From NCBI GenBank assembly GCA_049976425.1, contig JBMFIG010000017.1:1-33170 (forward strand): 33,170 bases of DNA. Reading direction: 5' to 3'. Positions within the stretch are counted from its first letter, which is position 1, and each line of letters starts with the position of its first letter. Under the pieces are notes generated by a model that saw only the letters and a list, made by a program, of their open reading frames with translations, searched no databases and had not been told where the DNA came from. Made by a program: the position numbers and the translations under genes. Source of the DNA: Thermoproteus sp. GTDB lineage: Archaea > Thermoproteota > Thermoprotei > Thermoproteales > Thermoproteaceae. Positions 1 through 8,794 of this stretch are shown one piece after another.

Positions 1-1305
1 CGCCTAACCCTCGTGATGCCTAACGGCACGAGTATAGCCGTGGAGGCTAGGACGGAGGTTATCTAGGTAGAGGCGGGCGGCTTCTGGGTAACAATACCGC
101 CGGCGTCTGTGAGGCCCAGCTACGAAATAACTATCGTCAGGGGAAATAACACGTTGGCGGCCTTGATGGAAGTCGCGGAGAATCTGCTTAAACAGATGTT
201 GCATAGGCCACAGCCGCCGTGGCCGCACGAGATAAATACAGCGAACTTTACACTGATAAAAGCGAGAGTAATAGTTTTTCGTTGGCCTACAAAAATACCG
301 CCGCCCGCCTACATGCCTCCGCCGCAGTCATGGTCTGTACTGAACATCACCACAAACCGTACCGGCAACTCCACTAAAGATCCCACGTGGGCTTTATCTA
401 CATTCGCCAAGATCAACTCAAGCAACGCGGTCTGCGGCTATATATTCCCTCTAAACGGTAGCGATCTGGTAGTACCCATCAGCGACTATGTCGGCGTGCC
501 GCTGACGATATTCCAGGATTTCGAAAACAACGGGCGGATCGTAGGATTCCTCATGCCGCAAGTCGTCGCCCAGCTATGGCCTCCCGCACTAGTGGAGAAC
601 GTATGGGCTTCCGGAATCGGCGAGCCCCTCAGCGTAGCCAGCACGTCCCTCACGAGTCCGGTTGATTGGCTCGCGTCGGGCGTCGCCTTGTGTATATCGC
701 AACTGGATAGCGGCAACGGCAACTACCAGATAACGCTAACGGCGGCTGTGAACGGGAATAACTACACCATCGCGACTATCTACGAGAACCCGGTCACCGG
801 AGGATACTATATATCGATATCGTTAGGTCCAGGCGTCCAGGGATTTGCTAACCCGGTTACTGCGGTGAACGTCCGTCCGGTGCCTTTCTCCGTATCCTTT
901 CCATACAACGCATCGTCGATCTTCTACCCCTCGATCGCCTTCGAGATCAACGATACCTCTTCCTCGTTCTTCGGCAACAACACGGGCTTCGCCCTGGATT
1001 TCCAGATGGGCGATAGCCCCTACGACGTCGGCGAGTGGCCGCTCTACTACTCCATCAGCGAGGATCTGCCTACGTGCCAGAACGTCTGGGGCACGAGCTA
1101 TGTGGGCAACACGTGGCCGCCCACCAACACGGTGTGGGGCGCCAGCGGCTCGACCGTCCTCTACTACTACGGATCGTCTTACGACGGAGCGGTGGGGTCG
1201 ACGAGCTTGTTGCAGTCGAAGGGCTACGCGAATGTGGTGGACATCTCGTGCAACTACGTGGACACGGACCTCAGCTCCTTGAACGTGCTTAAAGGCATAA
1301 CCTAA
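1..1305 (+). CDS. Secreted/surface glycoprotein-like protein; called ORF is 109-1305, but the frame continues to the window edge across an in-frame TAG at 64-66 (possible pseudogene)
   Basis: Rich in N/S/T/Y/G/P with about 11 N-x-S/T sequons and few charged residues in the distal part. Frame 1 upstream reads RLTLVMPNGTSIAVEARTEVI*VEAGGFWVTIPPAS. Confidence 0.6.
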
Positions 1306-1521
1306 TCTTCTCAACTCCACCGACGGTTCTCGCGGTCGCCGAGCACGCGGCGACGTCCCGCGTTGGAAAGACGGCGGAGCTCTCAGCTTATCGATACGTT
1401 GAATCGGTAACCGAAAACGCGTCTATCGCGTCGATTCGACGTAGGGCCTCAGCGGATTTCTCCGTCACGCGCCCTAGCGCCTGGGCGCGTCGCGCCGCGA
1501 GGCATATTAATTAAACCCCTC

Positions 1522-1989
1522 GTGAGGAGCGTCGTGGGAGAGGAGACCCAGCAAATTGAGGAGGAGACCTTGACCGAGATAGAGATCCAGATCCTCCAAG
1601 GCCTCGAGAGGCTTGGGGGTAGCTACCAACAGAGGAACCTGTGGAAGTACATAGGCATAGATAGCAAGACGGGGCTGCCGATACTCGGCAGGTTGGAGAA
1701 GCGCGGGTTGATAAAAAAGGAGAGGGTGGGCGGCGAGAGGAGGGGGGTCTACATAGTTAGGCTGACCGAGAAGGCCTACAAGATGTTGTCGGAGCTCAGA
1801 GAGAAGGCCGAGGAGATAGCCAGATTCGACGTGAGCAAGCTCAGCGACGAGCTGAGGGCGCTTCTCTCGATCCCCTGCACCTTCTGCCCCTATATAGAGA
1901 GATGCGGCTTCAGCTTCGTGGATCCCCTCCACTGCGAGCTCCTCACAAGATGGTCCATGTCTCTGGAGGGAAATGAGCGAGAGGATTAG
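1522..1989 (+). CDS. tfeB: Transcription factor TFE beta subunit (RPC34/C39 homolog; wHTH plus Cys4 Fe-S domain); start may be GTG 1534
   Basis: N-terminal wHTH (LWKYIGIDSKTGLPILGRLEKRGLI) and C-terminal PCTFCPYIERC...PLHCELLTRW matching the RPC34-like Cys cluster. TATA-like ATTAATTAAA at 1506-1515. Confidence 0.8.
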   Translation: MRSVVGEETQQIEEETLTEIEIQILQGLERLGGSYQQRNLWKYIGIDSKTGLPILGRLEKRGLIKKERVGGERRGVYIVRLTEKAYKMLSELREKAEEIARFDVSKLSDELRALLSIPCTFCPYIERCGFSFVDPLHCELLTRWSMSLEGNERED

Positions 1990-2533
1990 GTCGTTCATCG
2001 CGATCGACGTGGCGGCGAAGGCGGTAGTCGACGCAGTGCTGGCGTTGCAGAGAGGGCTTATGGAGACCGGCGCCGATCTGAAGCCGGTGGAGCCCCACAA
2101 CCTCCACCTAACCCTCATATTCCTCGGGGAGCAACCGAGGCGGAACTTAGACGAGATAGCCAGGAGGCTGGAGGGGCTCTCCCACAAGCGCTTCGCCATC
2201 GAGTTGAGGGGCGTGGGCGCGTTTCCGAACCCCTCGAGCCCTAGGGTGGTCTGGATAGACGTAGGCAGAGGGAGGGAGGAGCTGGTCAGGCTGGCGCAGG
2301 ACGTGAGGGCGCTCACGCGGGAGTTCGCCGAGGAGGACGAGGAGTTCACCCCGCACCTCACGGTGGCGAGGGTCAAGGGCCCGAGAAACCGCGATAGGCT
2401 GGCCGCCTTCATCGAGGCCCACCGCTCGGACTACTTCGGGGAGGTCGAGGTGGCCGAGGTCAAGCTCAAGAGGTCTACCCTGACGCCGCGAGGCCCTATA
2501 TACAACGATCTCTACGTGAAGAGGCTCGCCTAG
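1973..2533 (+). CDS. thpR: RNA 2',3'-cyclic phosphodiesterase (2H phosphoesterase, LigT/ThpR)
   Basis: RSFIAID N-terminus, two HxT motifs (HLTL, HLTV), GAFP..PRVVW and STLTPRGPIY C-terminus. Confidence 0.93.
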   Translation: MSERIRSFIAIDVAAKAVVDAVLALQRGLMETGADLKPVEPHNLHLTLIFLGEQPRRNLDEIARRLEGLSHKRFAIELRGVGAFPNPSSPRVVWIDVGRGREELVRLAQDVRALTREFAEEDEEFTPHLTVARVKGPRNRDRLAAFIEAHRSDYFGEVEVAEVKLKRSTLTPRGPIYNDLYVKRLA

Positions 2534-3823
2534 ATGGCCGTTGAGGAGGTTTTGAGGGAGGCCGCGGGGCTCGTAACGCCGCCGCGCGAGCTGGAGGATA
2601 AGGTGCGCCGCATATCGGAGCAGTTCAGGGAATATGTAGGCGGGCTCCTCTCCAGGCTGGGCGTCGAGGGATCGGTTGAGCTGGTCGGCTCCTCGGCCAG
2701 AGGCACTTGGCTACCCGATGGAATAGACGTGGACGTCTTCGTGGTCTTGCCCAGGAAATACCCCAAGGGCTTCCTCGACGAGCTGGTGGGGAGGCTTAGG
2801 GCCGAGATGGAGAAGGACGGCGTATCCGTGGAGACGCGCTACGCAGAGCATCCCTATCTGGTCGCCCACAGCGAGGGCGTCGAGGTCGACGTGGTCCCCT
2901 GCTTCGAGATGAGGCCCGGCGAGCCGGTCCTCACGGCGGCCGACAGATCGCCGCTCCACCACAAGTACCTCTTGTCGAGGCTTGACGACAAGCTCAAGCT
3001 AGACGTCCGCCTCTTGAAGAGGTTCATGAAGACCGTAGGCGTATACGGCGCCGAGGTCAAGGTAGAGGGCTTCTCGGGCTATCTAACAGAGCTGTTAGTC
3101 GCCCACTACGGCTCCTTCCTCTCCGTGCTGGAGGCGGCGGCCAGATGGAGGCCGTACAAGACCGTGGTGGATCCCGAGGGGTATTACCAAGATCCGAGGA
3201 AGGCGGTCCGTAAGTTCAGAAGCCCCCTAGTTGTCGTCGACCCGGTGGATCCCAACAGAAACGTCGCGGCGGCGGTCTCCACGACCTCGATGGCCACATT
3301 CGTCCTAGCCGCCAGGAGGTTCCTCCAAAGGCCCTCCATTTCCTATTTCTCCCCGCAGGCCGCCGGGGAGGCGCTCCCCGTGCCTGCCGTGGTCCTCCGG
3401 TTCTCCTACCCCCAGAAGCCGCCCGACGTGGTGTGGGGCATGTTCAAGAGATATGCCAGGGCCCTCGCCAACAAGCTGGACGAGTGCGGGTTCAAGGTAT
3501 TGAGGTTCGGCGTGGACAGCGACGAGAGGACCTTCGTCGACGTAGCCTTCTTGGTCGAGTCGACGGCCCTCCCCGAGTACGAGCTACACGAGGGGCCTCC
3601 GGTCTTCAGCGAGGCCGCGGACAAGTTCGTGGAGAAGTACGCCGGCTCCGACGTCGTGGGTCCCTTCGTCGCTGAGTCGAGGATCTACGTGATAAGGAGG
3701 AGGAAGATCAGAGAGATAGGCGAGTGTCTCGACAAGGCCCTCAAGGAGCTGGGTCTGAGGCCTCAGGAGATCAAGAAGGGGACGTACCCGCCGCTCTCCT
3801 CGAAGAACCCCTGGATTAGCTGA
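2534..3823 (+). CDS. cca: CCA-adding enzyme (class I, archaeal)
   Basis: GSSARGTWL..DVDVF nucleotidyltransferase motif, YAEHPY, DVVPC, ADRSPLH, GFSGYLTELL and DPVDPNRNVAAA. Confidence 0.95.
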   Translation: MAVEEVLREAAGLVTPPRELEDKVRRISEQFREYVGGLLSRLGVEGSVELVGSSARGTWLPDGIDVDVFVVLPRKYPKGFLDELVGRLRAEMEKDGVSVETRYAEHPYLVAHSEGVEVDVVPCFEMRPGEPVLTAADRSPLHHKYLLSRLDDKLKLDVRLLKRFMKTVGVYGAEVKVEGFSGYLTELLVAHYGSFLSVLEAAARWRPYKTVVDPEGYYQDPRKAVRKFRSPLVVVDPVDPNRNVAAAVSTTSMATFVLAARRFLQRPSISYFSPQAAGEALPVPAVVLRFSYPQKPPDVVWGMFKRYARALANKLDECGFKVLRFGVDSDERTFVDVAFLVESTALPEYELHEGPPVFSEAADKFVEKYAGSDVVGPFVAESRIYVIRRRKIREIGECLDKALKELGLRPQEIKKGTYPPLSSKNPWIS

Positions 3824-3858
3824 CAGTTGAACTTATATTTTCGGAGTTCTCGATACCC

Positions 3859-4272
3859 ATGGACGTGTACACCCTCAAGTTCTACAAGAAGGCCGCCGAC
3901 TTCATCGCCGAGCTGGATAGAGAAATAAGCGAGCTCGAGGAGTCGGTCAAGGCGTTGGGAGCCGAGGTCGAGCAGCTCAAGGCGGTTGCCGAGAAGTACT
4001 CGCGGCTCCAAGCCTTGTTGAAGAAGTTCAAGCCGGGGGAGGGCGGGCAGACAACCATAGAGGTGACCGGGCTCGGCATATATATCGATCCCAGCCCCCT
4101 CGTCAAATACGACATATACAGCCAGTCCTACGCCCACATGCTCGACGTGCTCTCGGTCTTGAAGAAGGTGAGGGAGGTCGCCAACGCGGTGATCACCGAG
4201 GGTGGCCTCGAGTCGGCGCCTATAGCGGTGCAGTACAAACAAGGGATACCGGTGAAGCTAATTCTGACCTAG
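3859..4272 (+). CDS. Hypothetical protein with N-terminal coiled coil
   Basis: Host-like codon usage, heptad pattern (LDREISELEESVKALGAEVEQL) and an upstream TATA (CTTATATT, about 3832-3839). Confidence 0.75.
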   Translation: MDVYTLKFYKKAADFIAELDREISELEESVKALGAEVEQLKAVAEKYSRLQALLKKFKPGEGGQTTIEVTGLGIYIDPSPLVKYDIYSQSYAHMLDVLSVLKKVREVANAVITEGGLESAPIAVQYKQGIPVKLILT

Positions 4273-5046
4273 GAGCCTCCTCAACGACTCGCCCGTTATA
4301 ATTATCGAGGCGTTCTTCTCGACCCCCAGCCTCCGGGCCAACACGTCGCATTTAGCTCTGAAGAGGAGCAGGGCCGGCTTGCCCGCGCCCCACTCCAGAT
4401 AGGCCTCGGCGTTCGCTATGCCCTTAGCCAAGATGAAGCCGTCGCCGAGCCACCTAATCGGCGATATGTTGCCCGGAGTGGCCAGAAAGCCCTTCGAGGA
4501 GTCCGCCACCACGTCTATCTCGTAGGGCTCGGAGCGGGCGACCGGGATCGGCGTGATCCCGTTCCTTCTCAAGGCCTCCATGACGACGTAGTCTATCTGC
4601 GCCTCGCCCTCGTTGTCTATGACGTAGTACAGCCTCTCGGGCAACTGGACGCGCTCCTCTATGGCCGGCTCGTCCCATATGGCCAACTCCAGCTTCCTCG
4701 GCCTATACCCCAAGACGTTGGAGTCTATTATATTGGCCGCCGCCGCTATGCGCAACGCCAGCCTTAAGTCCCAGCCGGCCTCCTCGAGCTTCCTCTCGAC
4801 AACGGCGGCGACCTCTCGCCCGATCTCCGCCAGCCTTTTCTTGTAGTCGCCGTATGGATCCGGCGATTCGAGCATGGAGGCGACTGCCTTGAAGCTCTCG
4901 GCGAACGCCTCGCTCCTGCTCCCTTTCTCCAGCGCCTGCGATAGATAGACCAAAAGCCTGGGGAGGAGCGGGGCGCCGCCGAGCTTGACTACGTCAGACG
5001 TGCGGGAGTGGACCAGACAGAGCTTGCACTCATCTTCGAGCCACAT
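4258..5046 (-). CDS. DUF89/ARMT1-like metal-dependent phosphatase
   Basis: N-terminal CxxC (CKLC), DPY, AANIID, DNEGE, KGIANAE and KC motifs typical of DUF89. Confidence 0.85.
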   Translation of the reverse strand: MWLEDECKLCLVHSRTSDVVKLGGAPLLPRLLVYLSQALEKGSRSEAFAESFKAVASMLESPDPYGDYKKRLAEIGREVAAVVERKLEEAGWDLRLALRIAAAANIIDSNVLGYRPRKLELAIWDEPAIEERVQLPERLYYVIDNEGEAQIDYVVMEALRRNGITPIPVARSEPYEIDVVADSSKGFLATPGNISPIRWLGDGFILAKGIANAEAYLEWGAGKPALLLFRAKCDVLARRLGVEKNASIIITGESLRRLLGQN

Positions 5047-6049
5047 TGTTGAGGACCTCGGCGACCTTGATTATGTCGTCCCTGGTCACGTCGCCCATAA
5101 CGCCTACGCGCACAACCTTGTCCTTGAGATGCCCCATCCCGGCGCTGGCCACGTAGCCGGCCTCCCTCAAGGCCTTGAGGGCCGACTTGACGTCGTCGCA
5201 GTAGAACGCGGCCACCGTGTTGCTGCGGTGCTGGGGCCTCGGCACGGCGCCCAGCTTAACGTTGCCGTACAGCAAGTCCATGCGCTCCTTATGGATCTCG
5301 GCGTATCTCTCCAGCCCGAGGCCCAGTATGTACTCCAGCGAGGCCTCGAGGCTGTATATCACAGATATCGGCGGCGTGTAGGGGGTGTCCAGCGTCGACG
5401 GGACCTTCAGATAGCCTCTTAAGTCCATCGCAGGCGGCACGCCGGACTTGGCCCTAGGCTCTGCGTTGAGGTACAGTATGGCGGCCCCCGGCGGGGCCAT
5501 GAAGGCCTTGTGGGACGCCGTCGCCACGACGTCTATCCCAGGCGGCAACGGCTCCGCCGGCATGCCCGACACGCTGTCCACCAAGAGAAGCGCGCCGTGG
5601 GACTTCGCCACGTCGGCGACTTTCGCGAGGTCCTTATACGCTATGCCCATGCTGGTCTCGTTGTGGACCAAGGCCACGGCGGTTACCGGGCCGATCCTCC
5701 TCAGCTTGTCGTCGAGCTCGTCGGGGGCCGGCGGGGCCTCCACCTCCCACTCGACGACCTCCGCACCTCTGCTCCTCAAGGAGGCGGCGAGCCTTCTGCC
5801 GAACTCCCCGAAGATCACGGCGAGCACCCTCTCGCCGGGGTTCACGTAGTTGTAGACCATGGTGTCCACGGCCAGAGTGCCCGTCCCCGGCATTATCACG
5901 GGGATCCCGCCGTACACCTTAGACATCTTCTCCAACACCGACTTGAGCGTCTGCTTGAACTCCTCAGATCTGTGGAAGGCCGGCTGTCTGTAGGCCGCCT
6001 TCAGCACGAAGTCGGGCAGCTGTATGGGGCCTGGAGTCAAGTACTTCAT
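5030..6049 (-). CDS. Class V PLP aminotransferase (serine-pyruvate / archaeal phosphoserine aminotransferase type)
   Basis: LTPGP, HRS, GTG, VHNETS, VDSVS, SHK (PLP lysine), TPYTP and RVGVMG. Confidence 0.9.
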   Translation of the reverse strand: MKYLTPGPIQLPDFVLKAAYRQPAFHRSEEFKQTLKSVLEKMSKVYGGIPVIMPGTGTLAVDTMVYNYVNPGERVLAVIFGEFGRRLAASLRSRGAEVVEWEVEAPPAPDELDDKLRRIGPVTAVALVHNETSMGIAYKDLAKVADVAKSHGALLLVDSVSGMPAEPLPPGIDVVATASHKAFMAPPGAAILYLNAEPRAKSGVPPAMDLRGYLKVPSTLDTPYTPPISVIYSLEASLEYILGLGLERYAEIHKERMDLLYGNVKLGAVPRPQHRSNTVAAFYCDDVKSALKALREAGYVASAGMGHLKDKVVRVGVMGDVTRDDIIKVAEVLNNVARR

Positions 6050-6963
6050 ATTCTCTTGACCGCCTCGAGGATGTTTAGGGCCAGCTCCTCGGCCAGCCTA
6101 TCGTACGCCTCGTACGTCTCCGAGCCGACGTGGGGAGTCACTATGACCTTCTCGTGCGATAGGAGCTTGAGCAACTTCTCGCTCCTCGGAGGCTCCTCCG
6201 GCAACACGTCCAACGCGACGCCCCAGAGCCTGTCTATGTGTTTGGCCAACGCGTCCACGTCTACGACCTCGCCCCTGCTGGTGTTTATCAACATGGCGCC
6301 GTCTTTCAACAGGGAGAGCCTGTCGTCGTCCATCAGCCTGTAGGTGCTCGGGGTGAGCGGGACGTGCAGGCTCACCACGTCGCTCTCGGCGAGGAGCCTC
6401 TCTAGCGGGACTTGCCTAGCCCCTATCTTGGCCGCCTCGGCCGAGACGTCTATCACGTCGCTGGCGACGACCTCCATCCCGAGCGCCCGGGCGTATTGGG
6501 CGACGGTCCTCCCTATCCTCCCGAAGCCCACCACGCCGAGCTTCTTGCCGTAGAGCTCCCTCCCCACGTACTTCCCCTTGGGCCAGCCGCCCGCCTTCAC
6601 CTCCCTGTCAAGAATCGGTATGCGTCTGGCGAGGGCTATCATGAGGCCTAGGGTCAGCTCCGCCGCGCTCCTCGTGGGGGCGTTCGGGGCGTTTATCACG
6701 GCTATCCCGCGCTTTATGGCGTAGTCCACCGCTATGTTGTCCAGCCCGACGCCGTAGCGGGCGACTATCTTGAGCCGGGCCCCCCTATCGATAACCTCCT
6801 TGTCGACCTTTGTCCTGCTCCTCACAACGAGGATCTCGTACCCCTCGACAACTTTCAAGAGCTCCTCTCGGGGGATGCCCGGCCGGTAGTCCACCTCGAG
6901 TCCGCCTCCTCTGAGCCTCTCCAGGAGCTTGTCGCTGGTCTGGTCAGCCACGAGGACCCGCAT
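6046..6963 (-). CDS. serA: D-3-phosphoglycerate dehydrogenase (no ACT domain) / D-2-hydroxyacid dehydrogenase
   Basis: VVRSRT, GVGLDN, GFGRIG, NTSRG, DV..EEP and TPHVG. Confidence 0.8.
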   Translation of the reverse strand: MRVLVADQTSDKLLERLRGGGLEVDYRPGIPREELLKVVEGYEILVVRSRTKVDKEVIDRGARLKIVARYGVGLDNIAVDYAIKRGIAVINAPNAPTRSAAELTLGLMIALARRIPILDREVKAGGWPKGKYVGRELYGKKLGVVGFGRIGRTVAQYARALGMEVVASDVIDVSAEAAKIGARQVPLERLLAESDVVSLHVPLTPSTYRLMDDDRLSLLKDGAMLINTSRGEVVDVDALAKHIDRLWGVALDVLPEEPPRSEKLLKLLSHEKVIVTPHVGSETYEAYDRLAEELALNILEAVKRI

Positions 6964-7051
6964 TGGGCCTCACGGACGTACGGTATATAAACATTCGCCG
7001 GTCCTCCATGCGTGTTTCCTTAAATTTGGAAAGTAACTTTTCTTATGTCGT

Positions 7052-7099
7052 GTGATGAAAATACGGTCTTCCGACGATGACGATGAGACCGACTTCTGA
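7052..7099 (+). ncRNA. Box C/D methylation-guide sRNA
   Basis: C box GTGATGA 7052-7058, 12-nt guide, D' CCGA 7071-7074, C' ATGACGA 7077-7083, 12-nt guide, D CTGA 7096-7099. Intergenic, with TTAAAT about 25-30 bp upstream. Confidence 0.88.
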
Positions 7100-7100
7100 G

Positions 7101-7118
7101 GGTTAAAACATTTTAACC
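7101..7118. promoter_or_regulatory. Perfect inverted repeat overlapping the TATA box of the wHTH-CBS gene (putative operator)
   Basis: GGTTAAAA-CA-TTTTAACC (8-2-8), 19-25 bp upstream of ATG 7137/7143. Confidence 0.6.
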
Positions 7119-7136
7119 TTGTTCTACTCCCTATCG

Positions 7137-7994
7137 ATGGGCATGTCGGACTCTATATACAATGTGCTTAAGACTTTGGTCGATATATACTCCAGGGAGA
7201 ATATACCTGTCAAGTCCAAGGAAATCGCCGAGGCGTTGAAGGTCCACGAGGGCTATATAAGGAATATAATGTCCGTGCTCAAGTCGATGGGCCTCGTCAT
7301 CAGCAAGGCGGGGCCCCACGGCGGCTATGTGCCCACGTCGAAGGCCTACGACATAATAAGCAAGCAGACGCTGTCCGTCCCCATATACCACAACAACACG
7401 GCGATAGGCTACGCCCTCGATATATCCCTAATCGGCCTGCTCACCGAGAGGCCTCTGGCCTCCATGAGGGTGCTCGGCGATTTGTCGCCCTACGTCCAGA
7501 AGGAGGTGAGGGTCGGGCCTCTGCCGAGCGGGATAGTGATCATGGGCAAGTTGATCAAGGCGGATCTCGAGTCCTTGATGGAGGTCGACTCGGTGGTCTC
7601 GATACCGCATGTGCCTGTCAGCGAGATAATGACCAGGAAGCCCGTGACCGCGAGGCCCGACGACCCTCTAGACAAGTATATCGATATTTTGTCTAAGAGG
7701 AGATACAGGGGGATACCGGTCGTCGACGAGCAGGGGAGGCCTGTGGGCCTCCTGATGTCGTCCAGGGTGGTCGAGGCGCTCGCCCGGTGCGCCGGGAATA
7801 TAAAGGTCGGCGACGTGATGATCTCGAACCCGCCCGTCATCAACGCATCCGACGACATATACGACGTAATAAGCGCCATGCTGGCCAACAACATAGGCCG
7901 TCTGTTGGTGGTGGACGACGAAGGCAAGCTGGTGGGGATCGTGACGAGGACGGACATATTGAGCAGAATAGCGTCTCTCGAGTCTATCGCTTAG
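7137..7994 (+). CDS. Transcriptional regulator with N-terminal wHTH and C-terminal CBS pair (COG2524-like); ATG 7137 or 7143 preferred over TTG 7119
   Basis: PVKSKEIAEAL..GYIRNIMSVLKSMGLV..GPHGGYVPT, plus two CBS repeats (GIPVVD; RLLVVD..GIVTRTD). Confidence 0.88.
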   Translation: MGMSDSIYNVLKTLVDIYSRENIPVKSKEIAEALKVHEGYIRNIMSVLKSMGLVISKAGPHGGYVPTSKAYDIISKQTLSVPIYHNNTAIGYALDISLIGLLTERPLASMRVLGDLSPYVQKEVRVGPLPSGIVIMGKLIKADLESLMEVDSVVSIPHVPVSEIMTRKPVTARPDDPLDKYIDILSKRRYRGIPVVDEQGRPVGLLMSSRVVEALARCAGNIKVGDVMISNPPVINASDDIYDVISAMLANNIGRLLVVDDEGKLVGIVTRTDILSRIASLESIA

Positions 7995-8770
7995 CCGCGC
8001 CGCACAACCTCGCAGCCGTATTCATACCTCTCTATCCTCTTGCGGCGGAGGTAGCCGGCTGTGTACATGGACGCCTCGCACAACGCCTCCTCCGCGTCGC
8101 CCGTCCTAAGAAAACGCGCGGAGAACACGGCGAGGAACACGTCGCCGCTCCCCGTCGTGTCCTCCACGTCGAGGCCGGCGCTCGGGGCATAGTAGAGGCG
8201 GCCGTCGACCGACATATACGCGCCGCCGTCGCCCAGAGTATACACGACGATTCTCCACTTGGAGTTGTACCCGGCCAACCGCCGCGGATCCAACGCCACG
8301 TCGTCGTCGGAGAAGTGCAGTATATCGGCGGCTGGGGCATCACGCCCAGATCTGATAAAGCCCTGCAGATCCACGGCTGAGACGTCGGCGTAGATCTCCA
8401 CCGCGTCTATCTCGTCGAACACGGGGTTGAGGACGACCAGAGGCCCCTCGACGACTCCCGATATCTTGACCGACGGCCTTCTCACGGCGGCGCTCCTCCG
8501 CGGCCGGGATCTGTAGTCCAGCTCGAAGACCGAGGTGGCGTCGCCTTGAATGAGGCGGGGCTCAACGCCTATCTTCCTCAGCTCGCCCTCTATGAAGTCC
8601 CTCTCGTCGGGCCCCACGACCCCTATCGCGACGGGCCTCAAGCCGAGGGCGGCGAAGGCCAAGCCCATGTAGTACGGAGGGCCCCCGATGCGGCGCGTGG
8701 AGCCCTCGCTGGTCACCACGTAGTCGACGGTGGGGTTGCCCACTATATACGCGTCCACGGGGCGAAGCAT
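7991..8770 (-). CDS. PfkB-family carbohydrate kinase
   Basis: GN..D, GG, DLQG, TLGDGG and DTTGSGD. Confidence 0.88.
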   Translation of the reverse strand: MLRPVDAYIVGNPTVDYVVTSEGSTRRIGGPPYYMGLAFAALGLRPVAIGVVGPDERDFIEGELRKIGVEPRLIQGDATSVFELDYRSRPRRSAAVRRPSVKISGVVEGPLVVLNPVFDEIDAVEIYADVSAVDLQGFIRSGRDAPAADILHFSDDDVALDPRRLAGYNSKWRIVVYTLGDGGAYMSVDGRLYYAPSAGLDVEDTTGSGDVFLAVFSARFLRTGDAEEALCEASMYTAGYLRRKRIERYEYGCEVVRRG

Positions 8771-8794
8771 ATTTTTAATTTAATTAACGTTACC

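Noticed and set aside
64-66. Pyrrolysine recoding of the in-frame TAG codons
   Set aside because: No pyl genes in the window, TAG is a normal stop for many genes here, and pyrrolysine is not known in this lineage.
1467-1490. Hairpin ACGCGCCC-N8-GGGCGCGT upstream of tfeB
   Set aside because: Short GC-rich stem that could arise by chance; no other support.
8546-8794. N-terminal extension of metB in the ORF track (similar extensions at 11371, 16570, 24159, 24201, 29345, 29424)
   Set aside because: They overlap opposite-strand genes or promoters; family motifs begin at the downstream starts.
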